Origin: Betaproteobacteria bacterium
GTDB lineage: Bacteria; Pseudomonadota; Gammaproteobacteria; Burkholderiales; Rhodocyclaceae
DNA: 34,320 nucleotides
Reading direction: 5' to 3'
Assembly (NCBI GenBank): GCA_009780885.1
Contig: WQZF01000022.1
Location: 1 to 34,320, forward strand
Below, in pieces: positions 1-8,441 of this stretch. Position 1 is the first letter of the stretch. Each line of letters opens with the position of its first letter. The notes below the pieces were generated by a model that worked only from the letters and a program-made list of their open reading frames with translations, made no database searches and had not been told where the DNA came from. Position numbers and translations under genes: made by a program.

Positions 1-1
1 C

Positions 2-184
2 GCTGGACGATCCTCTCCTGCCGCTCTTCTCCGCCTCCGACGCCGGCCAGAAGACGGTGACGCTGGTCAACGGCCTGGACATTCGCGATATCCTCGGCAC
101 CGAGTTGTATTTCGGCAACGGCAACAGCGAAGAGGAGATGATGCTGAACGATCGCTATTGCGGTGTGTTCCGGGCAGCTCCCTG
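2..184 (+). CDS. 3' end of an unidentified gene (…GLDIRDILGTELYFGNGNSEEEMMLNDRYCGVFRAAP*)
   Basis: Open frame running in from the window edge to TGA at 182-184, with coding-like codon usage. A rho-independent terminator follows. The product is not recognised. Confidence 0.4.
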
Positions 185-237
185 ACCACCCCGGCGGCTT
201 TGCCGCTACCCCTCCACGGAGGGGGAATTGAATTGAA

Positions 238-270
238 CAGCGGCGCTCTTCGGAGCGCCGCTGTTTTTTA
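238..270 (+). terminator. Rho-independent terminator
   Basis: GC-rich hairpin cagcggcgctc-ttcg-gagcgccgctg followed by a TTTTTTT run, about 55 nt after the stop of the partial gene. Confidence 0.65.
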
Positions 271-350
271 GGGGTTTATCTCTTTAGCTTCCTGCCCCGC
301 CTGTGGATCATTCTGTAGGGGAGACCGTCATCGCGAGCGGTGCGAAGCAT

Positions 351-432
351 GTAGGATGGGTAGAGCGCAGCGAAACCCATCGGGGTTCCAGAGGAAGGAA
401 TGATGGGTTTCGCTTCGCTCTACCCATCCTAC
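351..432. repeat. REP-like palindromic element, family A copy 1 (29-bp arms gtaggatgggtagagcg[c/a]agcgaaaccca with a ~24-nt spacer)
   Basis: Inverted repeat read directly in the sequence. Closely similar copies occur at 14083-14170 and, degenerate, at 5858-5936. Intergenic. Confidence 0.75.
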
Positions 433-483
433 ATATCATCCGTCATCCTGCGCGAAGTCGCAGGATCCGGGAAATCGCAATGT

Positions 484-2082
484 TCAGGGCAGCAGGACGA
501 AGAGGACGACCAGGGCGGCCAGCAAGGCGGCGATCAGGGCCAGCAGGCGGTTCTGGCGCTTCTGCGTGGCGATCAGGCGGGTGAGGAGTTCGGGGTAGTC
601 GGGCGGCGGCGGCGCGGAAAGGGCCTGGTGCATCAGGCGCGGCAATTGCGGCAGCGTGCGCGCCCAGTGGGGGGCTTCCTGGGAGATTGCCTTGAGGATG
701 CCGCGCCAGCCGAGTTGTTCGCTCATCCAGCGTTCGAGGAAGGGCTGCGCGGTTTTCCAGAGGTCGAGGTCGGGGTCGAGCTGGCGGCCCAGTCCCTCGA
801 TGTTCAGCAGGGTTTTCTGGAGCATCACCAGTTGGGGCTGGATTTCGACATTGAAGCGGCGCGAGGTCTGGAAGAGGCGCAGGAGCACCTTGCCGAATAC
901 GATGTCCTTGAGCGGGCGGTCGAAAATCGGTTCGCAGACGGCGCGGATCGCTGCCTCGAATTCGTCCTCGCGCGTCCCCGGCGGCGCCCAGCCGGATTCG
1001 ATGTGCGTCTGCGCGACGCGCTTGTAGTCGCGCTTGAAGAAGGCGAGGAAGTTGCGCGCGAGATAGTTCCTGTCGGCATCGGTGAGGGTGGCGACGATGC
1101 CGAAATCGAGGGCGATGTAGCAGCCCTTCCTTTCGCCGGAATCGGCGACGAGGATGTTGCCGGGGTGCATGTCGGCATGGAAGAAGCCGTCGCGGAACAC
1201 CTGCGAGAAGAAGATTTCGACTCCGGCGCGGGAAAGTTCCTTCAGGTCGATCCCGGCTTCGGCAAGGCGTTCGGTCTGGCCGATCGGGATGCCGCTCATC
1301 CGCTCCATCACCATGACCGAAGAGGTGCACCAGTCCCAATAGACTTCGGGCACCGTGAGCAGCGGCGAGCCCTCGAAGTTGCGCCGCAGTTGCGCGCAGT
1401 TGGCCGCTTCGCGCATCAGGTCGAGTTCGTCGTAAAGATATTTGGAGAATTCGGTGACGACTTCGCGCGGCTTCAGGCGCTTGCCGTCTTTCCAGAGGGT
1501 TTCGACCAGCAGTGCAAAGCTCTGGAGCAGCGCCAGGTCGCGGGCGATGACCGAGCGCATATTCGGGCGCAGGATTTTTACCGCCGCAGCGCGGCCATCC
1601 GGCAGGCGCGCGAAATGCACCTGCGCAATCGAGGCGCTTGCGACGGGAACCGCGTCGAATTCGGCAAAGACTTCGGAGGCGGGCTTTCCGTAGGCGGCCT
1701 CGATTTCGGCGAGCGCCCGCGCGGAAGAAAAGGGCGGAACCTGATCCTGGAGTTTCGCCAGTTCGTCGGCAATATCCGTCGGCAGCAGGTCGCGCCGGGT
1801 CGAGAGCATCTGCCCGAACTTGACGAAGATCGGCCCCAGCCGCTCCAGCGCCAGCCGCAAGCGCACCGCCGCCGGCGCGTCGAGCCTGCGCCAGAAAAAC
1901 AGGATTCGCGAGAGGGCAAGCAGTTTTCCGGTCGGCTCGTGTTCGAGCAACATCTCGTCCAGCCCGTAACGGCCCGCGACGGAAATGATTTTGGCAAGGC
2001 GCAAAAGACGCATGGAAAATGAAGGAAGGCCGGAAGCAATGGAGAAGTGCGCCAGTTTATAGCGATTCCCGGAAAAGCTCAT
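484..2082 (-). CDS. ubiB: Ubiquinone biosynthesis regulatory protein kinase UbiB (ABC1/AarF family)
   Basis: 532-aa ORF with the ABC1 kinase-like core (…[20 protein letters not shown]…, [13 protein letters not shown]) and a C-terminal hydrophobic segment, as in UbiB. Confidence 0.9.
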   Translation of the reverse strand: MSFSGNRYKLAHFSIASGLPSFSMRLLRLAKIISVAGRYGLDEMLLEHEPTGKLLALSRILFFWRRLDAPAAVRLRLALERLGPIFVKFGQMLSTRRDLLPTDIADELAKLQDQVPPFSSARALAEIEAAYGKPASEVFAEFDAVPVASASIAQVHFARLPDGRAAAVKILRPNMRSVIARDLALLQSFALLVETLWKDGKRLKPREVVTEFSKYLYDELDLMREAANCAQLRRNFEGSPLLTVPEVYWDWCTSSVMVMERMSGIPIGQTERLAEAGIDLKELSRAGVEIFFSQVFRDGFFHADMHPGNILVADSGERKGCYIALDFGIVATLTDADRNYLARNFLAFFKRDYKRVAQTHIESGWAPPGTREDEFEAAIRAVCEPIFDRPLKDIVFGKVLLRLFQTSRRFNVEIQPQLVMLQKTLLNIEGLGRQLDPDLDLWKTAQPFLERWMSEQLGWRGILKAISQEAPHWARTLPQLPRLMHQALSAPPPPDYPELLTRLIATQKRQNRLLALIAALLAALVVLFVLLP

Positions 2083-2205
2083 GTTTTGCGTGCCATTCAG
2101 GCGGAAGATGGTCGCGCGTTACAACTTCCGGGGCAATTCTTTTCGGTGAGATCCGGATGGAGATTTCGTTGATGATTGATACTGCCCGTAGTATCATCTA
2201 AAAGT

Positions 2206-2433
2206 ATGAATACCGCCGCGAAGCTCCTGGCCGCAATGCAAGCCAACCCAAGGGATTGGCGGATTGAGCAATTGCAAACCGTGGCCCGGCAGTATGGAAT
2301 CCTCTGGCGGCAGGAAAGCGGCAGCCATTGCATTTTTACGTGGCCTGAGGGACGCAGCCTGCCTGTTCCCGCGCACCGCCCCGTGAAGCCCGTTTATGTC
2401 CGGCTGTTCATCAAAATGCTTTCGGAGCCTTGA
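2206..2433 (+). CDS. hicA: HicA-family type II toxin (mRNA interferase)
   Basis: Small ORF (internal Met of the 2176 ORF). It has the conserved GSH motif (…ESGSHCIFTWPEGRSLPVP…) and sits 4 bp upstream of a hicB-like gene. Confidence 0.65.
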   Translation: MNTAAKLLAAMQANPRDWRIEQLQTVARQYGILWRQESGSHCIFTWPEGRSLPVPAHRPVKPVYVRLFIKMLSEP

Positions 2434-2436
2434 ACC

Positions 2437-2799
2437 ATGCGCAATCTCGATGACTACCCCTTTGAAATCCGACCGCTGACCGAAGAAGAAGGCGGAGGTT
2501 TCCTGATCAGCTACCCGGATTTCAATGTCTGTATCTCAGACGGCGAAACCATAGAAGAGGCAATTTCCAATGGCCGTGACGCCCTCCAGGGAACGATAAA
2601 CGCGCTTGAAGAAAGCGGACATTCCATCCCCGCGCCCAACAGCGGCGGGGCAGCTTCGGGCAAGTTTGTGACGCGCCTTCCGAGAAGCCTGCACGCAGCC
2701 CTTTCGGCACGGGCCAGAATGGAGGGCGTTTCGCTCAACATGCTGGTGTTGAGCTTCATCGCGGAAGGCATCGGGCGCATGAAACGACATGCGCCGTAA
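2437..2799 (+). CDS. hicB: HicB-family antitoxin (RNase-H-like N-domain plus C-terminal ribbon-helix-helix)
   Basis: 120 aa. Typical HicB N-terminus (YPFEIRPLTEEEGGGFLISYPDF…GETIEEA) and a C-terminal RHH (KFVTRLPRSLHAAL…). Paired with the upstream hicA. Confidence 0.8.
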   Translation: MRNLDDYPFEIRPLTEEEGGGFLISYPDFNVCISDGETIEEAISNGRDALQGTINALEESGHSIPAPNSGGAASGKFVTRLPRSLHAALSARARMEGVSLNMLVLSFIAEGIGRMKRHAP

Positions 2800-2833
2800 A
2801 TCGCCGGGCGACTGTTCCAAACGAAACCCTCAG

Positions 2834-2912
2834 TTTTCTAAATTACTTAAATAATGATCGGCTACAGTAGTTATATCCAAGCAAGAATTCTTTATTCTAA
2901 TTTAGAAAATTG
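2834..2912. repeat. AT-rich palindromic intergenic element, family C copy 1 (ttctaaattac…ctacagtag…aatttagaaa)
   Basis: Low-GC imperfect palindrome between the convergent hicB and comF ends. Four more copies are listed below. Confidence 0.7.
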
Positions 2913-2924
2913 TTTCAAAAAAAC

Positions 2925-3647
2925 TCATTCCCGCAAGGCCCGCGCGACAACCGCGAGGGTGACCGTTCCTGCACCGTGGAGCTTCAAGGTCCGCGCGCAT
3001 TCGTTGAGCGTGGCGCCGCTGGTCATCACATCGTCGATCAGGAGAATATGACGACCGGAAAGATCGGCGTTGCACATGAAAGCGTTCCTGACGTTTTTCG
3101 CACGTTCCTTCCACGGCAGTTCCACTTGCGGCGTTGTGGCGCGGATGCGCTGGCAGAGACGAGGGGCCAACGCAATGCCGGTGATTCTTGCTGCCGGGCG
3201 GGCGATTTCGAGCGCCTGGTTGAAGCCGCGCCAGGAGAGGCGCTCCCGGTGCAGCGGCAGCGGGATAATCAGGTCGGGTGCGGGATTCTCCGCGTCCGCC
3301 GCCGCGAAACTTTCCTTGCACAGCATTGCCAGACGCTTTCCGAACCAGCCGGCAAGCGCTAACTGCTCGCGGTATTTGAGCGACTGGATCATTTGATCGA
3401 CCGGAAAGCGGTAGGGGAGGAGCGCCAGCGTGCGTTCGTAATGCGGCGGGTGCGAGAGGCAATGTCCGCACGCGATGCCCTGCGCCGTCGGCTGCGCGCA
3501 ACGCGGGCAGCGTTCTGCGGGGAGCCCCGGCAGATTGTCCTCGCATTCGCGGCAGAGCAGATCCGCTCCTTCCTCGTCGCCGCAGAGCAGGCAATCTCCG
3601 GCAAAGAGGGCGGCGGCAAGGCGATGCGGCAAGCTTTTCATTTTCAT
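2925..3647 (-). CDS. ComF-family protein (phosphoribosyltransferase-like, GntX/ComFC)
   Basis: 240 aa. N-terminal Cys-rich zinc-finger region (CLLCG…CxxC…CPRC…CGHC) and a C-terminal PRTase motif ([14 protein letters not shown]). Divergent from bioB, as in many proteobacteria. Confidence 0.8.
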   Translation of the reverse strand: MKMKSLPHRLAAALFAGDCLLCGDEEGADLLCRECEDNLPGLPAERCPRCAQPTAQGIACGHCLSHPPHYERTLALLPYRFPVDQMIQSLKYREQLALAGWFGKRLAMLCKESFAAADAENPAPDLIIPLPLHRERLSWRGFNQALEIARPAARITGIALAPRLCQRIRATTPQVELPWKERAKNVRNAFMCNADLSGRHILLIDDVMTSGATLNECARTLKLHGAGTVTLAVVARALRE

Positions 3648-3691
3648 GCGGCTGCTATAATTGCGGATTTTTCCGATTTCAGTGTACTCCT

Positions 3692-4702
3692 ATGAACGCT
3701 CCCGCTTCTGCCATGACTCCTGCAACAATTTCCGGCTCCACGCATTCCAGCCCCCAGCCCCACACCTCTCCTGTCCGCTGGACCACGGCGGAGGTCGCGG
3801 CATTGTATGAAATGCCGTTCATCGACCTCCTGTGGCGCGCGCAGGCCATTCATCGCCGCCATTTCGACGCCAACGAGGTGCAACGCTCGACGCTGCTTTC
3901 GGTCAAGACTGGCGGATGTTCCGAGGATTGCGGCTATTGCTCGCAGTCCTCGCGTCATTCTTCCGGCATGGAGCGCGAGAAACTGCTGCCGCTCCCCGAA
4001 GTCCTTGCCGCCGCGCAGGCCGCGCGGGACAAGGGCGCGACGCGCTTCTGCATGGGCGCGGCGTGGCGCGGGCCGAAAGACCGGGACATGGGACCGGTGC
4101 TGGACATGATCAAGGCAGTCAAGGGCCTGGGGCTGGAAACCTGCGTGACGCTTGGAATGCTCAAACCCGGCCAGGCCGAGCAACTGAAGGAGGCCGGCCT
4201 CGATTACTACAACCACAACCTCGACACCGACGCCGAATTTTATGGCCAGGTCATCACCACGCACACCCAGCAGAATCGCATCGACACGATTGGTGACGTG
4301 CGCGCAGCGGGAATCAAGGTGTGCTCCGGCGGCATTGTCGGCATGGGCGAATCGCGCCAGAACCGCGCCGCGCTGATCGCGCAACTGGCGAACCTCGACC
4401 CTGCGCCGGAATCGGTGCCGATCAATAACCTGGTGCCGATTCCGGGCACGCCGATGGCTGCGAAGGAGCGTCTCGACCATTTTGAATTCGTGCGCACCAT
4501 CGCCTGCGCCCGGATCACAATGCCAACTTCATACGTGCGCCTTTCCGCCGGGCGCGAGTCGATGAGCGAGGAGCTACAGGCTTTGTGCTTTATCGCCGGA
4601 GCGAACTCGATCTTCTACGGCGAAAAACTGCTGACCTCCGATAACGCCGACGCCGAACGCGACGACGCGCTATTCGCCAAACTGGGACTGCGGGCGGTAT
4701 AG
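3692..4702 (+). CDS. bioB: Biotin synthase BioB (radical SAM)
   Basis: CxxxCxxC radical-SAM motif ([11 protein letters not shown]) and extensive BioB-like sequence. An N-terminal extension is present and the true start may be downstream (M at ~3713). Confidence 0.93.
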   Translation: MNAPASAMTPATISGSTHSSPQPHTSPVRWTTAEVAALYEMPFIDLLWRAQAIHRRHFDANEVQRSTLLSVKTGGCSEDCGYCSQSSRHSSGMEREKLLPLPEVLAAAQAARDKGATRFCMGAAWRGPKDRDMGPVLDMIKAVKGLGLETCVTLGMLKPGQAEQLKEAGLDYYNHNLDTDAEFYGQVITTHTQQNRIDTIGDVRAAGIKVCSGGIVGMGESRQNRAALIAQLANLDPAPESVPINNLVPIPGTPMAAKERLDHFEFVRTIACARITMPTSYVRLSAGRESMSEELQALCFIAGANSIFYGEKLLTSDNADAERDDALFAKLGLRAV

Positions 4703-4719
4703 GGCTTTCGGGATTCGTC

Positions 4720-5829
4720 TTGAAAAGACTTGCGCGCTTTCTGGCGGCGGCGCTCGTCGCCGCCGCCCTGTTCCCCGCCACGGGACATCCTGCGGAACCG
4801 GATGCCGAATCCTCCACCCCGGATGCCGCCTCCATCGCCGCTTCCGCCGCTCTGGAAATCGACGCCTTCATTGCCCGCATGCGCGATGAACACGGCTTCG
4901 ACGACGCCGAACTCACGCGCCTTTTCGTCGACTTCAGTCCGAACCCCACGGTATTGCAGGCGATCCTGCCACCGGCAGTGAGAGGGGATCACTCGTGGAA
5001 GGCATACCGGGCCCGCTTTCTCAATCCCAGGCGCATCCAGGGCGGCGTGCTCTTCTGGCGCCGCCACGAAGCGGAATTGAAGCGCGCCGAGGCGCGCTAC
5101 GGCGTACCACCGGAAATCATCGTCGCCATCATCGGCATCGAAACCCTTTACGGGCACAACACGGGCCGCTTCAACGTCCTGCGCTCCCTCGCCTCATTGG
5201 CCTTTTACTATCCGCCCCGCGCCGATTACTTCAAAAGCGAACTGGAACAATTCCTGCTCTTTTCCCGCGAAAACGGCATCGACCCGGCGACGATCACAGG
5301 CTCCTACGCCGGCGCGATCGGCATTCCGCAATTCATGCCGGGCAGCATCCGGCGTTTTGCGGTCGACTTTGAAGACAAGGGCCACATCGACCTGCGCAAC
5401 AGCACCGCCGACTCGATCGGCAGCGTCGCCAGTTTTCTCTATCAGCATGGTTGGGAAAGGGATGATCCCGTCGCGGTTCCGGCAAGTCTGCAAGGCGACC
5501 CGGAACCGCTGCTGGCGCTGGGCATCCTGCCGCAGAAAACGCTTGCAGAATTGGCTGCGGAAGGCGTCACGACGCCGGAGTTCATCGCCCCGGGCGACCC
5601 CAAACGCTACGCCGCCCTGATCGACCTGGAAACCCCCGGCGAAAAAACCGAATACTGGGCGGGCTTCAACAATTTTTACGCCCTGACGCGCTACAACCGT
5701 TCCAATTTCTACGCGATGTCCGTCTACCAACTCGCGCAGGCAATCAGCACCGCGCGGGAAAAACATCCGGACAAGGCGCCCGAAGGCGCGCGCCCCAAAA
5801 CCCGCGCCAAGGGGAAGAAGCGGTCTTGA
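4720..5829 (+). CDS. mltB: Lytic murein transglycosylase B family protein
   Basis: Signal peptide plus MltB-family motifs (…IIVAIIGIETLYG…, GAIGIPQFMP). 369 aa. Confidence 0.85.
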   Translation: MKRLARFLAAALVAAALFPATGHPAEPDAESSTPDAASIAASAALEIDAFIARMRDEHGFDDAELTRLFVDFSPNPTVLQAILPPAVRGDHSWKAYRARFLNPRRIQGGVLFWRRHEAELKRAEARYGVPPEIIVAIIGIETLYGHNTGRFNVLRSLASLAFYYPPRADYFKSELEQFLLFSRENGIDPATITGSYAGAIGIPQFMPGSIRRFAVDFEDKGHIDLRNSTADSIGSVASFLYQHGWERDDPVAVPASLQGDPEPLLALGILPQKTLAELAAEGVTTPEFIAPGDPKRYAALIDLETPGEKTEYWAGFNNFYALTRYNRSNFYAMSVYQLAQAISTAREKHPDKAPEGARPKTRAKGKKRS

Positions 5830-5857
5830 GGCACGAGGACGGAATGACGACCGCGCA

Positions 5858-5936
5858 GGACGGGCAGAGCGTAGCGGAATCCATGATTCCTCAATCTGGA
5901 AGCGCGATGGGTTTCGCTTCGCTCTACCCATCCTAC
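5858..5936. repeat. Family A REP-like element, degenerate copy 2 (right arm intact, left arm decayed)
   Basis: Right arm tgggtttcgcttcgctctacccatcctac is identical to copy 1. The left arm gggcagagcgtagcggaatcca is only partly conserved. Confidence 0.55.
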
Positions 5937-6005
5937 ATACTTCTTGTTATCGGCGTGATTATGGGCGGAACAGGTTCAGGTTTCGCCAGACGCCCCGGAA
6001 AGGGA

Positions 6006-6133
6006 TTTTTTGAGTCACCCCAAGCTAAAGCTTGGGGATTCCTCGACACAGTGTGGGGCGCCTTCGGCGCCTGTTAGGCTATGTCTCGCTGACCCCGCCA
6101 TGAATGGCGGGGATTGCGCTCGACAGGTGTTCA
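6006..6133 (+). repeat. Family B multi-hairpin repeat, copy 1 (~125 bp; hairpins ccccaagct-aa-agcttgggg, ggcgcc-ttc-ggcgcc, ccccgccat-gaa-tggcgggg)
   Basis: Near-identical copies at 12701-12826 and 23564-23680, plus a truncated copy at 34133-34205, all in the same orientation. This copy overlaps the 3' end of the rtcR ORF. Confidence 0.8.
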
Positions 6134-7745
6134 TCTCCTGTACCGTTTCCCAGTCCAGGCCGAAACGCAGCAGGTATTTTCGTAGGCGGTCCGCGTCGTT
6201 CGCCTGCTTTTTCCTTTGCCGCGAACGGGCGAATAATATCCTTCCTGCATCGGAGAGGCTTTTGCTCCGGTGGCAGGTTTGCAGCACGGTTTCAAGCTGG
6301 CTGCGGTCAAAAAGGTCGAGTTCCCCGGAAATTTCCTTGTCCAGCATGCTTTCCACGATTCCGGGCAGTTTGGGAGCCTCGCTCCAGGCCGCGTGCAGAC
6401 GTTCGATCTCCTCGGCGACATCCGCCTCGGTGATACGTCCGCCTGTCGCCAATGTCGCCATGCGGGTGACGCTGGAAGTGAGTTCGCGGAAATTGCCCGG
6501 CCAGAGGCTTTCCCGCGAACAGGCAAAATCGAGATAACGGCGGCGCGCTTCGACATTGAAACGCACCTGCACGCCGTAATCGCGGGCATGGCGGGCGAGT
6601 TCGTAGTCCAGGTTGGGAGGGATGTCTTCCGGGCGTTCCGCCAGCGCGGGCAAGCTGAATGTCCAGAGGTTGATACGGGCATACAAGTCCGCCCGAAAAC
6701 GGCCTTCACGAATGCGTTCGCGCAGCTCGCGGTTCGTCCCGGCAATGAGCTGGAAATTGCTCTCCACTTCGCTGTCGCCGCCGAAAGGCGGGAAACGTTT
6801 GTCTTCGATGGCCTTGAGCAGCATCGCCTGCTCATCCGTCCCGAGTTCGCCGATTTCATCGAGAAACAACACGCCGCCGTGCGCCGAACGCAGCAGCCCT
6901 GTCCGTTCATTCTGCGCGCCGGTAAAGGCTCCCTTTACATGTCCGAAAAGAGAGGACATCGCCGAGTCGCCCCGCAAGGTCGCGCAATTGACTTCGACAA
7001 AGGGGCCTTTCAGTTTTTGGCGCTCCTGCTTCAACTCGAAAATACGCCGCGCGAGAAAGGATTTGCCCGCGCCGGTCGGCCCGGTCAGCAACATGGGGGC
7101 GCGCGAACGTCCGGCCACGCGCCCGATCTGCTCGATCATGATGTTGAAAGCGGCATTTTTCGTGGCGATGCCGGATTTCAGGCGGCTGATCGCATCCGCC
7201 TGCTCACGGCGGAAACGTTGGGCGATCTGGTCGTAACGGGAAAGGTCGAGGTCGATGACATCGACAAATCCGGCAGGTCTGGCGCTCGTTCCTTCACCTT
7301 CTTCCCCGATGCGGCGCGGCATGGTCTGGATGAGACGCCCCGGAAAATAATGCGCCTCGCTCAACAGGAACCAGCAGATTTGCACCACATGGGTGCCGGT
7401 CGTGATGTGGACGAAATAGTCTTCGCGGTCGATATCGAACTCGTAATCCAGCGAAAAATCGCGCAGCCGGGTGTAGACCTCCTCGAAATCCCAGGGATCG
7501 GAAAGCGCCAGTTCATGACACCGCACCTCGGTGATGGGGGAACCCTCGGCGATATCCCCGGCAATACGTCCGGCCAGTTGCGCGTCGCGTGGGTGGTGCA
7601 GCAATTCCAGCCGATCCACGGGCAAATCCGGCTGGCTGCACAAACCGACGGTGGGACGCCAGCGGCCCATGCGCTTTTGCAGGTTGAAGCCGCCCATGGC
7701 GTCGAGCTTGTTGCCCAGAAAACCAAAGACCACTGTTTTTTTCAT
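6015..7745 (-). CDS. rtcR: Sigma-54-dependent transcriptional regulator RtcR (CARF-like N-domain, AAA+ sigma54-activation domain, C-terminal HTH)
   Basis: N-terminal region typical of RtcR (MKKTVVFGFLGNKLD…), GAFTGA and Walker motifs of the sigma54 activator domain. Divergent from an rtcB-containing operon. Start taken at ATG 7745 (MKKT…); the ORF track begins 8 codons upstream at TTG. The last ~38 codons and the stop are encoded by repeat B1. Confidence 0.85.
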   Translation of the reverse strand: MKKTVVFGFLGNKLDAMGGFNLQKRMGRWRPTVGLCSQPDLPVDRLELLHHPRDAQLAGRIAGDIAEGSPITEVRCHELALSDPWDFEEVYTRLRDFSLDYEFDIDREDYFVHITTGTHVVQICWFLLSEAHYFPGRLIQTMPRRIGEEGEGTSARPAGFVDVIDLDLSRYDQIAQRFRREQADAISRLKSGIATKNAAFNIMIEQIGRVAGRSRAPMLLTGPTGAGKSFLARRIFELKQERQKLKGPFVEVNCATLRGDSAMSSLFGHVKGAFTGAQNERTGLLRSAHGGVLFLDEIGELGTDEQAMLLKAIEDKRFPPFGGDSEVESNFQLIAGTNRELRERIREGRFRADLYARINLWTFSLPALAERPEDIPPNLDYELARHARDYGVQVRFNVEARRRYLDFACSRESLWPGNFRELTSSVTRMATLATGGRITEADVAEEIERLHAAWSEAPKLPGIVESMLDKEISGELDLFDRSQLETVLQTCHRSKSLSDAGRILFARSRQRKKQANDADRLRKYLLRFGLDWETVQEMNTCRAQSPPFMAGSARHSLTGAEGAPHCVEESPSFSLG

Positions 7746-7902
7746 GATGCTCTTACCCTTGGCGATCAATACCCATAAATTATATATATAAATACGATTT
7801 TATATAAAAAGATAATTTTGTTCGCGGGCAAAATATCCGAACGTCCTTGGTTGTTGGGCATTTCTTCATGTTTTTCAACAGGTTATCAAGTTATATCCCT
7901 GT

Positions 7903-7919
7903 CTGGCACGGGATCTGCT
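7903..7919 (+). promoter_or_regulatory. Sigma-54 (-24/-12) promoter TGGCACgggatCTGCta
   Basis: TGGCAC-N5-cTGC matches the RpoN consensus TGGCAC-N5-TTGC with one mismatch. It sits in the AT-rich divergent region between rtcR and the downstream RNA/SPFH/rtcB genes, where an RtcR-dependent promoter is expected. Confidence 0.6.
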
Positions 7920-8064
7920 ATAAGGATAGCGGACGATATTTGTCTTGAGCAGGGATAACAGGTCAGGGGTTCCATTGCCCCGCCGGTGCGCGAGAGCCGC
8001 TTGCAGCGTCGCCTTCGCGTATGCCGCCCGCTCAGGGCATCTGGGTTCCACATTTGCTTGGCAA

Positions 8065-8111
8065 GTGCAAGCAGGGTTGCTTCGTCGGGTTCGATTCCCG
8101 ATTGCACACCA
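8065..8111 (+). ncRNA. tRNA-like minihelix fragment (acceptor-like stem plus T-arm tcggg-ttcgatt-cccga, ending …cacCCA), no D or anticodon arms
   Basis: Read directly: gtgcaag…tcgggttcgattcccgattgcacacca. The T-loop is canonical. Only 13 nt separate the acceptor 5' strand from the T-arm, so this is not a complete tRNA. Confidence 0.35.
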
Positions 8112-8186
8112 TTTGGATGGCTCAGTTGGTAGAGCGGCCAGTGCATAACTGGTTTGTCGCGGGTTCGACTCCCGCTCCAAAAAGCC
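8111..8186 (+). ncRNA. tRNA-like cloverleaf RNA (D-arm gctc/agttggta/gagc; anticodon stem-loop gccag-tgCATaa-ctggt with anticodon CAU; T-arm gcggg-ttcgact-cccgc; 7-bp acceptor with an A1xA72 mismatch; no encoded CCA). Either a Y-RNA-like tRNA mimic or a degenerate tRNA-Met/Ile2
   Basis: Folded by hand from the sequence. All four arms are present with canonical loop sizes, U33 and A37. The acceptor stem is atttgga/tccaaaa and 1:72 is unpaired. It lies ~190 nt downstream of the sigma54 promoter and inside the spurious N-terminal extension of the 8154 ORF. Confidence 0.5.
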
Positions 8187-8441
8187 TTGAAAGGGCTTCT
8201 TCGTTGTAATACCCGCTGGCTGCGGGGGTTTCTCGAAAACTTCCGCTGCCGGCCCGGCCAGACATTCGGCCCGTGCGACGGGCACGGTCCTGGACGCGGA
8301 GCAGGGAAAGGCTTGGCTCTGGACAAGCAGCATTGTCCAGAGGAATCCGGAAGCTGTCTCCGCCCCATGAACCGCCCCCGCCGCATCGAAAGAACCGTCC
8401 GCCGGGCCGGCAAGGCCGGCACTTTATTGAAGGTGAGAAAA

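Noticed and set aside
400-2022. 540-aa ORF antisense to ubiB, plus the 443-1339 and 1578-2039 ORFs
   Set aside because: Antisense GC-rich artefacts with extreme Arg/Gly/Glu bias. The ubiB assignment on the minus strand is clear.
5826-6077. 83-aa ORF and the 6010-6537 and 6104-6433 ORFs spanning repeats A2/B1 and the rtcR 3' end
   Set aside because: Created by translating the repeat elements and antisense rtcR. No RBS and no conservation logic.
6270-7778. 502-aa ORF antisense to rtcR, plus the 6131-6910 ORF
   Set aside because: Antisense to a confidently identified sigma54 activator. Composition is low-complexity.
8111-8186. Calling the cloverleaf a bona fide tRNA-Met gene
   Set aside because: The acceptor stem is A/T-rich with an unpaired 1:72 and no CCA. 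It lies inside a sigma54-driven 5' leader with additional T-loop fragments, and the anticodon stem lacks the initiator 3xGC signature. It was therefore kept as tRNA-like ncRNA rather than tRNA, and this should be re-tested with tRNAscan-SE.
8154-8441. N-terminal 96 codons of the 475-aa ORF (TTG start) preceding the SPFH domain
   Set aside because: This stretch overlaps the tRNA-like cloverleaf and its T-arm, has no RBS, and translates to an Arg/Gly/Cys-rich low-complexity peptide. A good RBS and ATG occur at 8442, so the extension is treated as non-coding 5' leader.
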